Shown one piece after another: positions 1 to 13,570 of a DNA stretch of 64,000 nucleotides (its first letter is position 1; the number at the start of each line of letters is the position of its first letter). The position numbers were made by a program, and so were the translations under genes. Under the pieces are notes generated by a model. It worked only from the letters and a program-made list of their open reading frames with translations, did not search any database and was not told where the DNA came from. Source of the stretch: Tubiluchus corallicola (taxonomy: Eukaryota > Animalia > Priapulida); assembly GCA_030141605.1 (NCBI GenBank), contig JAQGDQ010002378.1, forward strand, positions 186,001 through 250,000, given 5' to 3'.

Positions 1-1039
1 ATCAAAGTTTCATTTGTGTGTACTTTACATATATTGCTTTTCTCAAATTTCATCATTATGAATCCTAATACAAATGCGAGTGTTGGACTGACTAATACTA
101 CAAGCGCAAGAAAAATAGCGCATGCCTGCTTCCATGCTGGATGATAGACCAAATTTTTTTTCATAATTCTTGAGAATTTTTTACAAGCTTGCTGCTAATT
201 TTGTGAATATATCCAATTGTCATCAGTGATCTTCAAATGACATCTGACTTCATATAAAGCGATGTATTTGAAATAGTCAACTCACTGGCAGCCTGTAGTT
301 TAGAAAACCAAACTCTTTAAACCACCGACCTCCTCATGAAATCTGGCGTAAGTGAGTAGGACAGGAAGTGACGTAACTAGGAAATGACGTAAGTGAATAG
401 GACAGGAAATGAAGTAACTAGGAAGCCCGGGACACTCTATCTAACGTTGCCACAACCCAGTTTTGAAGTAAAATGAACTAAAAAAATTTCAAATATCAAA
501 AGATTTCAGTGTTGATGATGATTACATCGAGTCTTTTAAATAATAGAACACGATAAAGGGAAAGAAAATGTAAGTCAATTTATCCAAATATAGAAACATT
601 GGTACTATAACGGTCCATTGCCTTTTGGTTCCAATTAATCATAAATTATTACCATAATAATAACAACATAATATGGATATCATTGTGTACTAGCAAACTG
701 AATATAAAATAAATAGATAATCAAGACTTATGAATTATGATTATATATGAGTTAGGCATTAATGTATAAACAAATTATATTTTATCTTAGTATTTTATGT
801 ATTTTTATTTTCTATACGAATGTCAGTTTTCGACCCTCTTTTAAACCTACTTTAGACCTCCCGAATGATCTGTTTGACCTCTAAAGTCGAAGCTGACCAA
901 TTCTGGAACCCTGCTGTAATTTGTAAAAATTTCATAAGCAAAACTTTTATTTCCTGTTATGTAACACAAGGGGATCAAACTTAGCATTCACCCACGTTTG
1001 TTGAATGCGTACTAATCACTTGCCTGACTAAGATAAAAC

Positions 1040-1316
1040 CTGCGCCGGGTTTAGGTATCAGCTGAGTAAGCGACAGCTTAGGGCCTCACAATCTACATGG
1101 GGCCTCAACAAGGTTCCAGATTGGGTTTTATACCCATTTTTATATTTAAGTAATAATTTAGTAATGTTTTAGTCAAGTGTATTGTTCTCTTTGCTATAAA
1201 TAATTAAGCCACGCATATTTTCAAGTTTTCTGGGACCAATTGGCGAAATTTAAAAAAAGAGGGCCTCAGAGCCTTATATAGTGCTTATATCCTCACCAAG
1301 TGTGAATACGGCACTG
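1040..1316. mobile_element. Non-autonomous hAT (Tip100-like) MITE
   Basis: Perfect 8-bp direct repeat GATAAAAC at 1032-1039 and 1317-1324; degenerate terminal inverted repeats CTGCGCCGGGTTTA ... TGAATACGGCACTG; internal GGGCCTC motifs. Confidence 0.75.
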
Positions 1317-1400
1317 GATAAAACACCGCTTCGGACTTATGGGTCATGTTTAGTCTATTTTATACGTGTTATTGTGAAAACAAAATGGTATATCTGCTTT

Positions 1401-1591
<191 letters not shown>

Positions 1592-2189
1592 TCTCTCTAC
1601 CTCTCCGTCTCTCCGTCTCTTTCTCTGTCTCTGTCTTTCACTGCTCCCCAATCCCCCTTCTCAAGCTGAACAGACTGCATCAGCCATTACAGCATAGCAA
1701 CAAAACACAGCATAGTGCTCACAAACGGAAATGTCGGCACCGGCTTATATTTTACATAAATTGTCGTGAGGTGTTAGGCGGTTATTATGCGGCGAGCAAT
1801 AAAGATGGAAATTTGTGGCCCGGGATAATGGCCTGGATTAAATGATTTAAGTTTGGAAAAGGTTAAACGCTGGCAGCAGTTAAACTGCTACATTTCAGAA
1901 TGTATTAGACTTCGGTTAGTTAAATGATTATTGCTCCGTTGTTGTTGTGGCTTCCTAGATTTAAAGCAGCACTGACTGAACGAAACACATGATTGGGTGC
2001 CAAATGTAGATATTACTGATAACCAGACCATATTTAAAATACCATGCCATAATGAAAAGCTTTGTGCAGGTGAAACAAGCTGTGTTCGTTTTGGCGGTCG
2101 TCACGGGTATCTCATACGTACTTAACAATGCACACGCGTATGTGATAAAACACAGATAAAATGCAACTGGTCAGATTTTTTTTAGATTT

Positions 2190-2690
2190 AATAGATTTAT
2201 TTCGCAATAAACATATACATATACATTACATGTGCATCGATAATCAGTTTTTGTTAATACAAACTTATGATACAATTCATGAATTCTGCGCTAGAGACCT
2301 AAGAAGCTAGCTTATGGTAGGCCACTAGAATTAGTTACGAAAAAATTACAATATATACAGATACAATATTACAATATATACAAATATAAATACGGGTGGG
2401 AAGTAATAAAAATATTATTATACTAGAGGGGAAGTTTTTGAAAATGAAAAACAACAAATCATGATTGAGTGATCAGTTATACGTTTCAAGTAAGTTTAAT
2501 TTATAAATTTTTTTAAATATGGGCAGCGAGTTGGCATTTTTAATAGCTGGAGCAATTGAATTCCATTGTATTTAATAGAAAATTTTCTAACATTAGTGTT
2601 GCACTGTATGTAGTGATAGTTCAGTCTATAACGTGTGCCGTAATTATGTATCTCAGCAATTTTACGCTAAATTTACGCCAATTACAGCAG
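2190..2690 (-). mobile_element. Decayed CR1/L2-group LINE 3' end
   Basis: Minus strand reads QWNSIAPAIKNANSLPIFKKIYKLNLL, matching the WNxLP..IK...SL..FK C-terminal motif of CR1/L2 ORF2, followed by an AT-rich tail with AATAAA. Confidence 0.55.
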
Positions 2691-5335
2691 ACTCATTTGA
2701 GCTTAAATTTAAAAAATGTTTTCTGCGCTGCTTTAAACTTGCATTTATTGTGCCTCTCAAAGATTTTTTTGCAAAATGGAGGGAAGAGTAATAGTGCTAT
2801 ACTATTGTATTCAAACAACACAGCTATGCGCTCAATAACATTATTAAGTTTTGAATAATGTGGTGTCGTTAAGCTCCAAAGGATTAAAAACTTTAGCTTG
2901 TGCAACACGAGCCTTTGCCCGTAAGTTGTAATTGTGATATTTCGCGAATAAAATGTTGAAAAAGACTTTGTTTGTACGTCTGTTATACGGTCAGAGTTTA
3001 GCACCTGGAAAGCGAGGAAGCATTGCGTTTCACAAATTGATTTAAAAAAAACTTGGGGCAGTGAGGGCAAATCAATGAGCTCATAGTGGATTCATAGTCG
3101 TTAATTCAAGCAAAAATTATTTTAGCGATTAATCATCAAAATTCGGCAATGCATGTTTCCGATCACTGTACTTAAATACAACCTGCGACATTTTGTTCAG
3201 GTAATAATGAAGTAAATAGATCTGGGTTGCAAGACACTGTCCTGCAGCGTCACAGATAGACTGTACGAAACTCAAAGGCTTGCAAGTGAAGGGCGTTAAC
3301 ATTTTCGTCGCGTCAATTTACTTATTAATTGGCTTGCTTTTATTCCACATGTTGAGTTTTCGTTACTGTTTAAGCTATTTGTCAGTTGAGAAATTAGCTT
3401 TTGAACTCAATCACACATTCAGTGCTGCCGGGGATTCCTTCTATAATCTGTCCTCACACTAATCTGTTGCTTAATACTATTAAGTTTTGAACTTTATTCC
3501 TCTAGTGTTTGAGATGTAATTTTGCGAATTGGCCTTTGACTTTTAATCACAAACTAAAAGTTGCTGGTTGACCTGCTGAAAGTGTCCCCCACCAGGAATT
3601 ATTATTATTGTTATTATTATTATTATTAAAAATCTTTATTGAAAATGATACAATAAGCCCGCTATTTGCAGGGCACATAAGTACAAAAATGTTAAATGAA
3701 TCTTTACATTATGTACATTGAATAAATTTTTACATTAAATTCTTCACAGTTACAATTTCTTACTAAACAAGCTAACAATACTGCATTATGATTTATTAAT
3801 TCTAATTATATATCTAATAATTGCGTACATTGTTTATACATGTTATACTGTATGTACAAATAGTATATGTTGTAGCTTCTACATACATAAATAATGTTAA
3901 GCTAATGTCATTCGTATATAACACAGTATCCTGTATAATCAGTTTACTATAAGATCATTTTGGGTTAGTTCTTTTACAATATCTATATACATTAGTGTCT
4001 CTCTTTCTGTAAATGGTCCGAATGTCATTATTTTCTAAGCCACACAGGAATTATCTCTTGCGGATTACCGGTCTACTGGTTTACATGTTGTATTTTTCTA
4101 CTCCATAAAACTTTGATGTATTTATCCACTTCATTTTTATTATATTTGACGTTTGTATTGTCCAAATTACCGACCGTCAACGTATCATTTCGGGCAATTG
4201 CCACCAGGAATATGATTTATAAGTTATCCAATATAGGTTATGAAACTCTTTTCCAGACTCCCAAAGTCTTCGAGCTGTATGCTTACGTCAAAAATGTCTT
4301 TTCTGTTAACCCATTTTCTTGTGTCGGCATGTTTTGCAAATTTGTCGGTGCATTTCGGTTGGTTCTTTTAAATAAAACTGGCTAATTCTGCTAAGAGAAC
4401 ATGTAATTTCGCTGGTACATATGTAATAATGCACCATTTGCTGGTGCAATCTCAGTTGGTTCGTTTAAATAAGACTGGCGGATTCTGCTCACAGACATGT
4501 TGAAAAGCTTAGTCTAAAATTTAGGATCTGTGCCCTAGTCGGCTCCCAGTATAATGTCTCTGAAGTTTTTTCTTTCTCCGTCAACTGACTTGAACATTGT
4601 TTAATTACTTATTGAATTCTAAACGTTATTCGATAGAATCTCTGTTTACTATAAGAATGCCCTCAGGTATCTACTTTGTAAAACAAAAATTTGGCTGCTG
4701 GTAATTTCTTAACAGGTCATCGAACCTGTGACTCCTTATTTTACATTTTGGCTTCTGTCAGCCGCGCCCACTCACTTGGAGTGACCAATTTAGAGGCGTG
4801 TATTAAATCTCTACACACTTTATTATGTAACTCAGTTTCAAACACCTGTAGTTTAAGCAGCCAACAACTACCACCCTGACTGACCCACCATAGGTCACCG
4901 AGCATCCCTCCAAAATTTTTATTTCCCTTGAGTGTTATAAGCTGTGTAAGTTTAGTTGCCCAACCTTTTCAAGTTTTGCCAATTAGTTTGTTCTTGTCCT
5001 AGTCACATTTTAAGCCAGCCATTTTAAGACCTTGAGTCTGCGCTGGCAAAAACAGACCCAGAGGCGTTTAATTTAGCAATATTTTAGAAACTTTTTTTGC
5101 AAAATCTTCCAAAACAAAATCTAAATTGCACGCGAAATTACGTATTCAAACAGATGGCAGTGTGCATGCGTCGATGCGTCTAGTTTAATTCAGTGTAGTT
5201 TGACTGTAATGCGCAGTGTTGTTGTTTACGAAACGTGATCTTTCAAATGTTTTAAAGACAAACAACTTAATGTACAATAATTGTGATTTTGTTTTTAATT
5301 TTTGTGTTTTGAAAACGGATTGCTGTTTTAAAAGT

Positions 5336-5560
<225 letters not shown>

Positions 5561-6069
5561 ATTAACACTTTAACTCATTTCCTCAAGTTATGTTTTTGTT
5601 CGCTTGTATAAATTAAGTTAATTAGACCGACATTTTCATAAATGTTAAAATTTTACGTCGAATTACTTCAAAATTGTTAACACTAGCCTGCCGCAAGCAT
5701 AGGCTTTCTGTTTTGCCATAAATGGCATCGAAATTACCTTATAATCCATTTGCGTTATTTTAGTAATGCACTTAATGTACATGCGCAAATTGCACGTTAC
5801 GCAATTTGTGGCGTATCAAAAATGCTGCGGGCGTCACTTACCTACGTATGTATGTAATTTATTGACCAACAAAATTATAATAAAATTACAAATTGCAAGG
5901 TAGCTGTAAGAAGTTCGTAACAAGGCATGTTCCTTACTGCTACATCAGTGACGTCACGTAAATGCAAACTGGGTGCATATTAAAAAACACTTTTAGCAAA
6001 ATGCAAGTACTATTATACGCAGCAATATTATACAATAGTAATGCAAAATAGTTTTCGTATGTCTAAATA

Positions 6070-6490
6070 TACAAAGGCATTCGCTGAAATAGCAACTTCT
6101 GCCCGACAACCTTAATATAGCTGCCTTAGGAACTAATGATCTGTTGAAATTGTTATTATTCGGAAAAGATGAACTTAACTATGTTGCTAACTGTACAATA
6201 TTCCAATGCCTACATGACTTTATATTACGTACTAAACGCTTCCAGTAGTTTCTATCTGATATGAAATGCATCAGTCTTAAATATTCGTACATTAATATTT
6301 TCTAACCGTCATTTTCTACTAATGTCTAATGTAATCTTGTAGTAAAACTTGTCAGCTTGTGTAGTTATAGTCTATTCTTACTGTAAATGTTTTTGTAAAT
6401 AGTGTATAAAGTCTGTTGTGATGAGGATCCTAAATAATGTTGTTCAAACTGTCTGATCCAATCCTATAATAAATTATTTTTAAACTAAAT
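6070..6490 (+). mobile_element. CR1-like LINE 3' end remnant
   Basis: Reads LLKLLLFGKDELNYVANCTIFQCLHDFILRTKRFQ*, matching the LLFG...N..IF....FI..TKRF C-terminus of invertebrate CR1-like ORF2; then 3' UTR and AATAAA. Confidence 0.6.
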
Positions 6491-7062
6491 AACAACGAAC
6501 ATCTATGTACATTTTCCACTTGTTTAGCGGTATCATTATGTGCTAATATTGATGTCAGCGATGATGTGTCGATGTCAGAATATTTAGGTAGTTGTCTAAG
6601 ATGAGCGATTATATGACACACACAGAGTACATGGTTCCAGCCATTGAGCAACTACAGGTTCTAGATTGTCTGGGTTAATGTCTCCATCTCCCCGTCTCAC
6701 TATGTAGCCGACGGGCTGATATACCTGGGTGAAGCATATATGCGTCGTTATATTCGCTGGGTGGAGTTAACCTTTTTTCTGTGTTGCAGAAACTTGACCC
6801 TGTTTGTTCAATACATGAAGAAAGTTCCAGTAAACATTGTTTTTATTTCTAACTGCTTTAAGCTAACTGCTAAACGCGGAATTGAACCGGCAACCTTCGA
6901 CATGGAAAAACAGCTTGCAGCCGATTGAGCTATTTCTGTTTATTCTTTTGAAAGACCTGCCAGCTTCGGAAACTAGTTTAAAAGTATAAATAAAATAGTA
7001 AATAAATAAACAAATGTAAATGAATGAATGAGTGACTGAGTGAATGAATGAATGAATGTATG

Positions 7063-7212
<150 letters not shown>

Positions 7213-7881
7213 CCGATAAATAAATAAATAAATGAGTGAATGAATAAATAAATAAATAAATATATAATGAAAACAGAAAGTCTGATGGGTCTTAAATAAG
7301 TATCAAAGAAAGCTGCAGTATTTTGCAAATTCACTGAATGCGGTTTATAGTTTGCAAAAATTTTTCGTTTTCCTGCCAAATACGTATATATACTTTAATT
7401 CAGAATTTGCGAGCTCCTCAGGGCTTTAGTTATGGGATGTCTGTAAGCACACGTTCGGTTCAGTGCTTGTCGACGAATGTCACCGTGAACGTCATCATAT
7501 CATGCAAGTAACAAGTACAGACTGTCACGTGACGCCCGTAACAGGGAAGCTTGTGAAGTTTTTAGTTGTTTCAGAAGTCTATTAGATAGCGGTGAACATT
7601 TATATGTGTTCCCCTTTTTCAATTAGTTCAACATCTCATCAGTTTTAATAAAATTTTAGAACCTTTAGTCGAATTGGTTTTCAGTGATGATTAATTTTCT
7701 TAAATTTTATACCTTGGCGGAAGCCTTACGTTTCATCAAACCTGTCATGCTTAGCGTGCGGTCAAACGTTGGAAACGGTTATTTAAAGCATAAGAAAACA
7801 CTTTTCAGAAATAAAGGTTAAAGAATTAGTCTTGTAATTTTGTATCACCTACATGCTATATTATTGTAAACAGAGCTTGTG

Positions 7882-7987
<106 letters not shown>

Positions 7988-8289
7988 TTATTTCACTCCA
8001 GCAATACATATACAATACATCAACATGCAATATTATTGAAACAAAAAGAAACAGTATAGGTAAAAAAGCGTTGATGAAGTCAAATTAACCAAATAAAAGA
8101 GTTGCCGTATGACACCTTGAAAGCTTGGCTTGTTAAGGTGGCACAAATGAGTGAACGAAAGAATGGTTAGGGTTAGTAGACATGATGGAATGGAAAAAAT
8201 AGTAAGATTAGGGATAGGAAGAAGGAAGGGAGAAGAAGAAATTACTAAGTGTTAGCAGTAACGCTTAGTAAAACTTGTAAATATAAACA

Positions 8290-8625
8290 CCCATTTAAAA
8301 AAAGTCATTTGAAACAGGTTTAGATAACACTGCGTGAAGTTTGTAAAAATAATCTAGCCATTTGTAACATATTCTTTGCTAACTAAGCTAAAGTATAAAT
8401 TACTTTATCTTGCTAATAAAATCTGTAATGCGTTTCTAGTGAATCAGCGATACACACTGGAGTGACGTTTTACCAGTTGGCGCGAACATTTTAAATTATT
8501 TTCTAGTTTTTCTCTTTTCTAGTTACATAATAAATGTTTCAAACAGGTAAGTGTAATGCTAAGTTATAAAACTTTATGTGGAAAGTTCTTTGAGATATAC
8601 TTCAAAATTCCCCTTTCTTCCCCTT
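8290..8625. repeat. Dispersed copy of the foldback-element arm (same family as 26300-26625 and 30425-31410)
   Basis: Shares TTTCTAGTTACATAA, CAGGTAAG and GGAAAGT.CTTTGAGATA with 31070-31410. Confidence 0.7.
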
Positions 8626-9834
8626 TGTGCGCTCTTCTTTGGCATCTCTTGTGGCGGCGATGGCGACGACGATTAAAGTTATAAGATGTAAACAATTTCA
8701 CCGCATAAATTGCGTTCTAATACTTATCTGTTTAGATGAATTCCTCATGCAGAAATATAACGACGCTGCAACTCTCTTGAATTATTGTACGTGCAAAAAA
8801 TATACGCAATTTATTTTGATGCTGCGCTAGTAGAAATTGCGAAACAATTTAACATGGAGTTTAGTTGAATAAGGAAATTTATTACAGTATGCAGACCATA
8901 TACAAACAACTTCTCAATTAAGCGAACTATAAATTCCACAGGAGACGGACTTCAAAGGAGGAAAAGTATTAAAACGTCTTGCAAAACTGCCTGCGTCGTT
9001 TCAGACGCGCAAAACGTCCTGGACATGAATTTATTCTTTTTATTAGTTATGAGAAAATGACTTTGTTTTGATTGGCTAAAGTCATCGAGTTGTGATAAAG
9101 GCAGAGCGTTCAAAAAGTAACAAATCAATAAAGCTTTTCCATTTCAGTATTTTGAAGATATTCCATATTGTGTTATTTCGATCACTGACAAGTCACTGGC
9201 ATAGCAGTATCTAGTTTTTTGCTTGATTACTGCTGCGTTTACCTGTCTTGAGAGAAGATTTCTTTTATTTTAGAGTTCTGCAATAGAGACACAATAGACG
9301 TAATGGGCATATGATGATGATGATTTAGAGTGTAAATACTTCTATAATTGGTCCTTGACGTTTTGATTAATGTATGCTCTGATGGAGATTTAAAATTTGT
9401 TGAAACAATTTCAGACATACAAGATAAATGACAAAACAAACAGTTTTTATTGCGTGATATACAACGTGAAATCGCGTGAATCAATTCTATTCAATTGCAC
9501 AAGCGAATTTGGCTGTATAAACTTACTGTATCGAAACCAGTAAATACCAGAAATGAGTTTTTTTTAACATATTTACATACTTTTACTTATCAAATGAAAT
9601 GAAAACGCACTAAGCTTCCGGAAACACGAATAGAAGCAATTGAAACCTATTTCAAGCAAGAAACTAACACTATATCTTTATTTTTTAAACATCCTATGTA
9701 TTTTTATTTATTTTACGTATATTTCAGTTCACAATAGGTGTGAATAAATTGAGTTGAATGTGAGTGATTTAGTGACTTTCGGCAATCAAAAAGATTTGTA
9801 CCATTGTTTTGGCGCAGTGAAAGAGTGGCCGTAT

Positions 9835-10240
9835 TTTGAAATCGATGTGTTTCAAAGGCGAAATTACAGAAACATTTTGGGTATTAGATGGCCAAAGAAA
9901 ATTTCAAACAAAGATCTATATGAAAAAAATAAAAGAAGAACCTTGGACAAGAAAAATAAAAAGACGCCGTTTAAGATGGATTGGGCATATGTTTAGACTA
10001 CCTGATGATATTCCAGTGAAGATAGCTCTTCAACAAGCCATAGAACCAGCTAAAAAACCTGCAGGGGACAAATGTTAACATATTTAGATTTTGCACAGAA
10101 AGATTTAAACACTTCAGCATTGATCCTTAGAAATAAATGCACTTGGGGCACTGCGGCGAGCAGGGAGACCTGGCATAGAGAGGTGAGCAGAATCATGTCC
10201 CTGGACGTGTGATTCATTGGATGATGGTGGTGGTGGATGC
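9835..10240 (+). mobile_element. RTE-clade LINE 3' fragment, frameshifted
   Basis: EIDVFQRRNYRNILGIRWPKKISNKDLYEK, a frameshift, then IKRRRLRWIGHMFRLPDDIPVKIALQ, typical of the RTE ORF C-terminus; short (TGA/TGG)n tail. Confidence 0.8.
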
Positions 10241-11261
10241 TTTGTAGGCTTCTTGGCATCGTTAAAAAGAAAATTTGTCATTTTGCTTAGTTTAATAGAT
10301 CTGATCTCATAAAGTAATTATTGACAATCCTTGTGTTTTAATACTACAATAAATGCCACAAACAAACAATAAACAAATGCAATAAACAAAGCTTAATTAA
10401 AAATCACTATTTAGGACATTTACTGCATGACAAATAAAATAAATATTTCCACAAAGAACAGAGGATTAGTAAGCTAAACATTTAAAAAAAGGTTAGTAAA
10501 TGTATAGTCCAATGGGCAAATATTCCAAGTCAAAATGGCATTAGTATTAAGAAAATAAATATAAGGCCATATGCATACCCATAATGTATACCTCAGTTGC
10601 AATTATTATTCTTTTTAACAGAAATTTAACAGAAATTTAGCGACATTGAACGTGAAACGAAACGTCGATGAATTTCTGTTTACAAGACTAATTATTTACA
10701 AAGGAAAAATGACTGAAAATGGCGCAGTAATCGTGCCAAGTTTAATTTCTCTTAAATGTCCAGTAATTCTTGATCTACCGCTGAATAATCAACAAACGCT
10801 TAAATTATGAATTAATTTATAATTTAAAATTTCAACTCAATCAATGTGTATAGAAATGCCGCCATTGCCGCAAAATTTAAATAGCAATTTTTCCCGCTGT
10901 TCCCACAAAAAGAAGGGAAATTTGTGGAAACACAGGGTCACTGGAGGGATATACCAGCAAACTTTGTCTGCAACAAGATGGCGGCAGATAAACGAACAGG
11001 AGTCAAAAGTGTGTTCTTTGTAAGCTCTATGTATTTATCTGCAAATTCGTTTATTTTATTTATCAAATTTATTTACAGTAATTTGCAGTGGTCGTCTTTC
11101 TATGTGTGCTGATTCAAAGGTTTTGGGTTCGACTCCCACTTGTGTTGGGAATTTACTAGTCATGTTCCACATGAACAGATCTTTCTGGTCGTGTTTCTAG
11201 GACTACTCATTTTTAATTCAATACCTGATCTTAGTCAGTTTGTTAATATGTAAAGTTTAAA

Positions 11262-11800
11262 GCAAATTCGGACCCAATCTTAAACTGTAGGTCAAAATAG
11301 TCTATTCTTTAAAATATTGAAAGGAAACGTACTAGAGTTATTACAACACAAACACAATTTCACATTTTTGATACTAGTTCTTCGCTGTTACACGCATTTC
11401 GCCATTCGCTAGTTAGAGAGGCACTAGCGCCTGCATTTTAGAAACGCATTGCACAAAAACAGGTGCTGTACCTCTCAGTTCAGATGTGTTAGTTTGTGAC
11501 GAACTACACACGTTCGACAGCTCATGCGTGAGCACAACGGTAAATTTGAAATTCTGAATATCTTACGGTAGTACTGCAGTTCAATTTTCGCTTTCGCCAA
11601 CACGTGCAACACGCTCGTCGAATATTTTTGTTGTTGAAAATTATGTTAGTTTGTGTCTGTCATCAATAGTTGGGATCTAAGTTTTTAATCTATTATTTAA
11701 TTATCAGAAACGCTTTTGCAGTATTAATTGTGTTAAAATGTACACGTTTTATCAGACTTGAAAATGGGGTGGTATATGAAAAATCATCCTGTCTTCCTTT
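11262..11800. repeat. Dispersed interspersed repeat, about 550 bp (second copy at 59210-59780)
   Basis: Long shared blocks, e.g. CTCAGTTCAGATGTGTTAGTTTGTGACGAACTACACACGTTCGA in both copies. Confidence 0.85.
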
Positions 11801-12696
11801 AAGTTTAAAGTTCTGTTTTGTTATTTGTACGTGTAGTTTAGCTTTTCCATTGTCTCATTTGCCTCTAACAGTGTATGTTTTTTAAAACATTCACTGATTA
11901 GGTTTCTTAATTATTTGCTACGATTATTTGTTATGGTAAATAAAGATCTTACTTACTTGCTATGGGAGGAGGGAAGAGGGCTCTACCGTAACCATCTACC
12001 CCTGCGCTTCCTCAGTTGCATATATAAGACCAGCCCTCCTTCTCCTTCTCTTCCTTCATTTTTTGTTCTTTTTCTTGTTCTTCCACCTGTTCTTCTTCAT
12101 ATATTTCGCTCAAAGATGTCTAGCAATTTTCACTTCTAGAAGGAGTGTCTAAATACTGTCAGTTTGCAGCGATAAAATTATATTATAATATTCTAATGTC
12201 AATTTTGGGTAAAAACATATGAAGTTACTGTGCAAAGATTGTATTACAATCAAAATCCAAGGTGATTTTGAACGTCTATTGTCAGTGTAGTCGTTTGGGA
12301 TTTATATCGCAAAATGTCAAATATAAATCATTTAACGTTAAGAAATTATGATAGAAATTTGCCGTAATAGGTTGCGTTGAAATGATTATTGAACACTGAA
12401 ATCCGAGTTCCCTGGGAGGCCGCCTAGGAGAAATTTTTTCGGCAATCACGTAAGACAATAACCGCAAAATCCTATATTGCTTAAAACCGTATAGGGCATT
12501 AGCGGGGCAGGTTAGTCCTGCCCTTCTTAGGAAATGTTCGCTTTAAGCACAGTTTGATTCCCTTAAACTAAGTGATATGATATTTGTAATAAGTGTCATA
12601 AATTTCAGTCGTTATCTTAACCACTGCCACATCGCCATCTTTATCGTTAGCAGCATTACCATTATCATCGTCATCATCATCATCATCATCACATCA

Positions 12697-13205
<509 letters not shown>

Positions 13206-13462
13206 TCTATGATTATGACTATGAATTTATTTCCACACATCAAAGAATACAACATCAGACACATCTATAAATTTATAATAAAATAATTTGAGTAGTACGA
13301 GGTTATGAATTTATTTTAATAAAATACAGCTTTTAGGAGAAACCATAACAGCAATCGCAATGATATTATGAATAATAGAGGGATAGCGGCATTCATTGGC
13401 AAAGTGTGATTCTTAAGCAGAACTAAGGCTACAATAACATGTATTATGTAAATCACTATGTT

Positions 13463-13517
13463 ATCATCATCATCATCATCATCATCATTATCATCGTCGT
13501 CGTCGTCATCATCATCG

Positions 13518-13566
<49 letters not shown>

Positions 13567-13570
13567 TATT
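13463..13570. repeat. (TCA)n/(TCG)n microsatellite
   Basis: Direct reading. Confidence 0.9.

Noticed and set aside
3280-3462. Hydrophobic 60-aa ORF as GPCR TM1
   Set aside because: No GN motif, no following TM2, and no suitable phase-1 donor.
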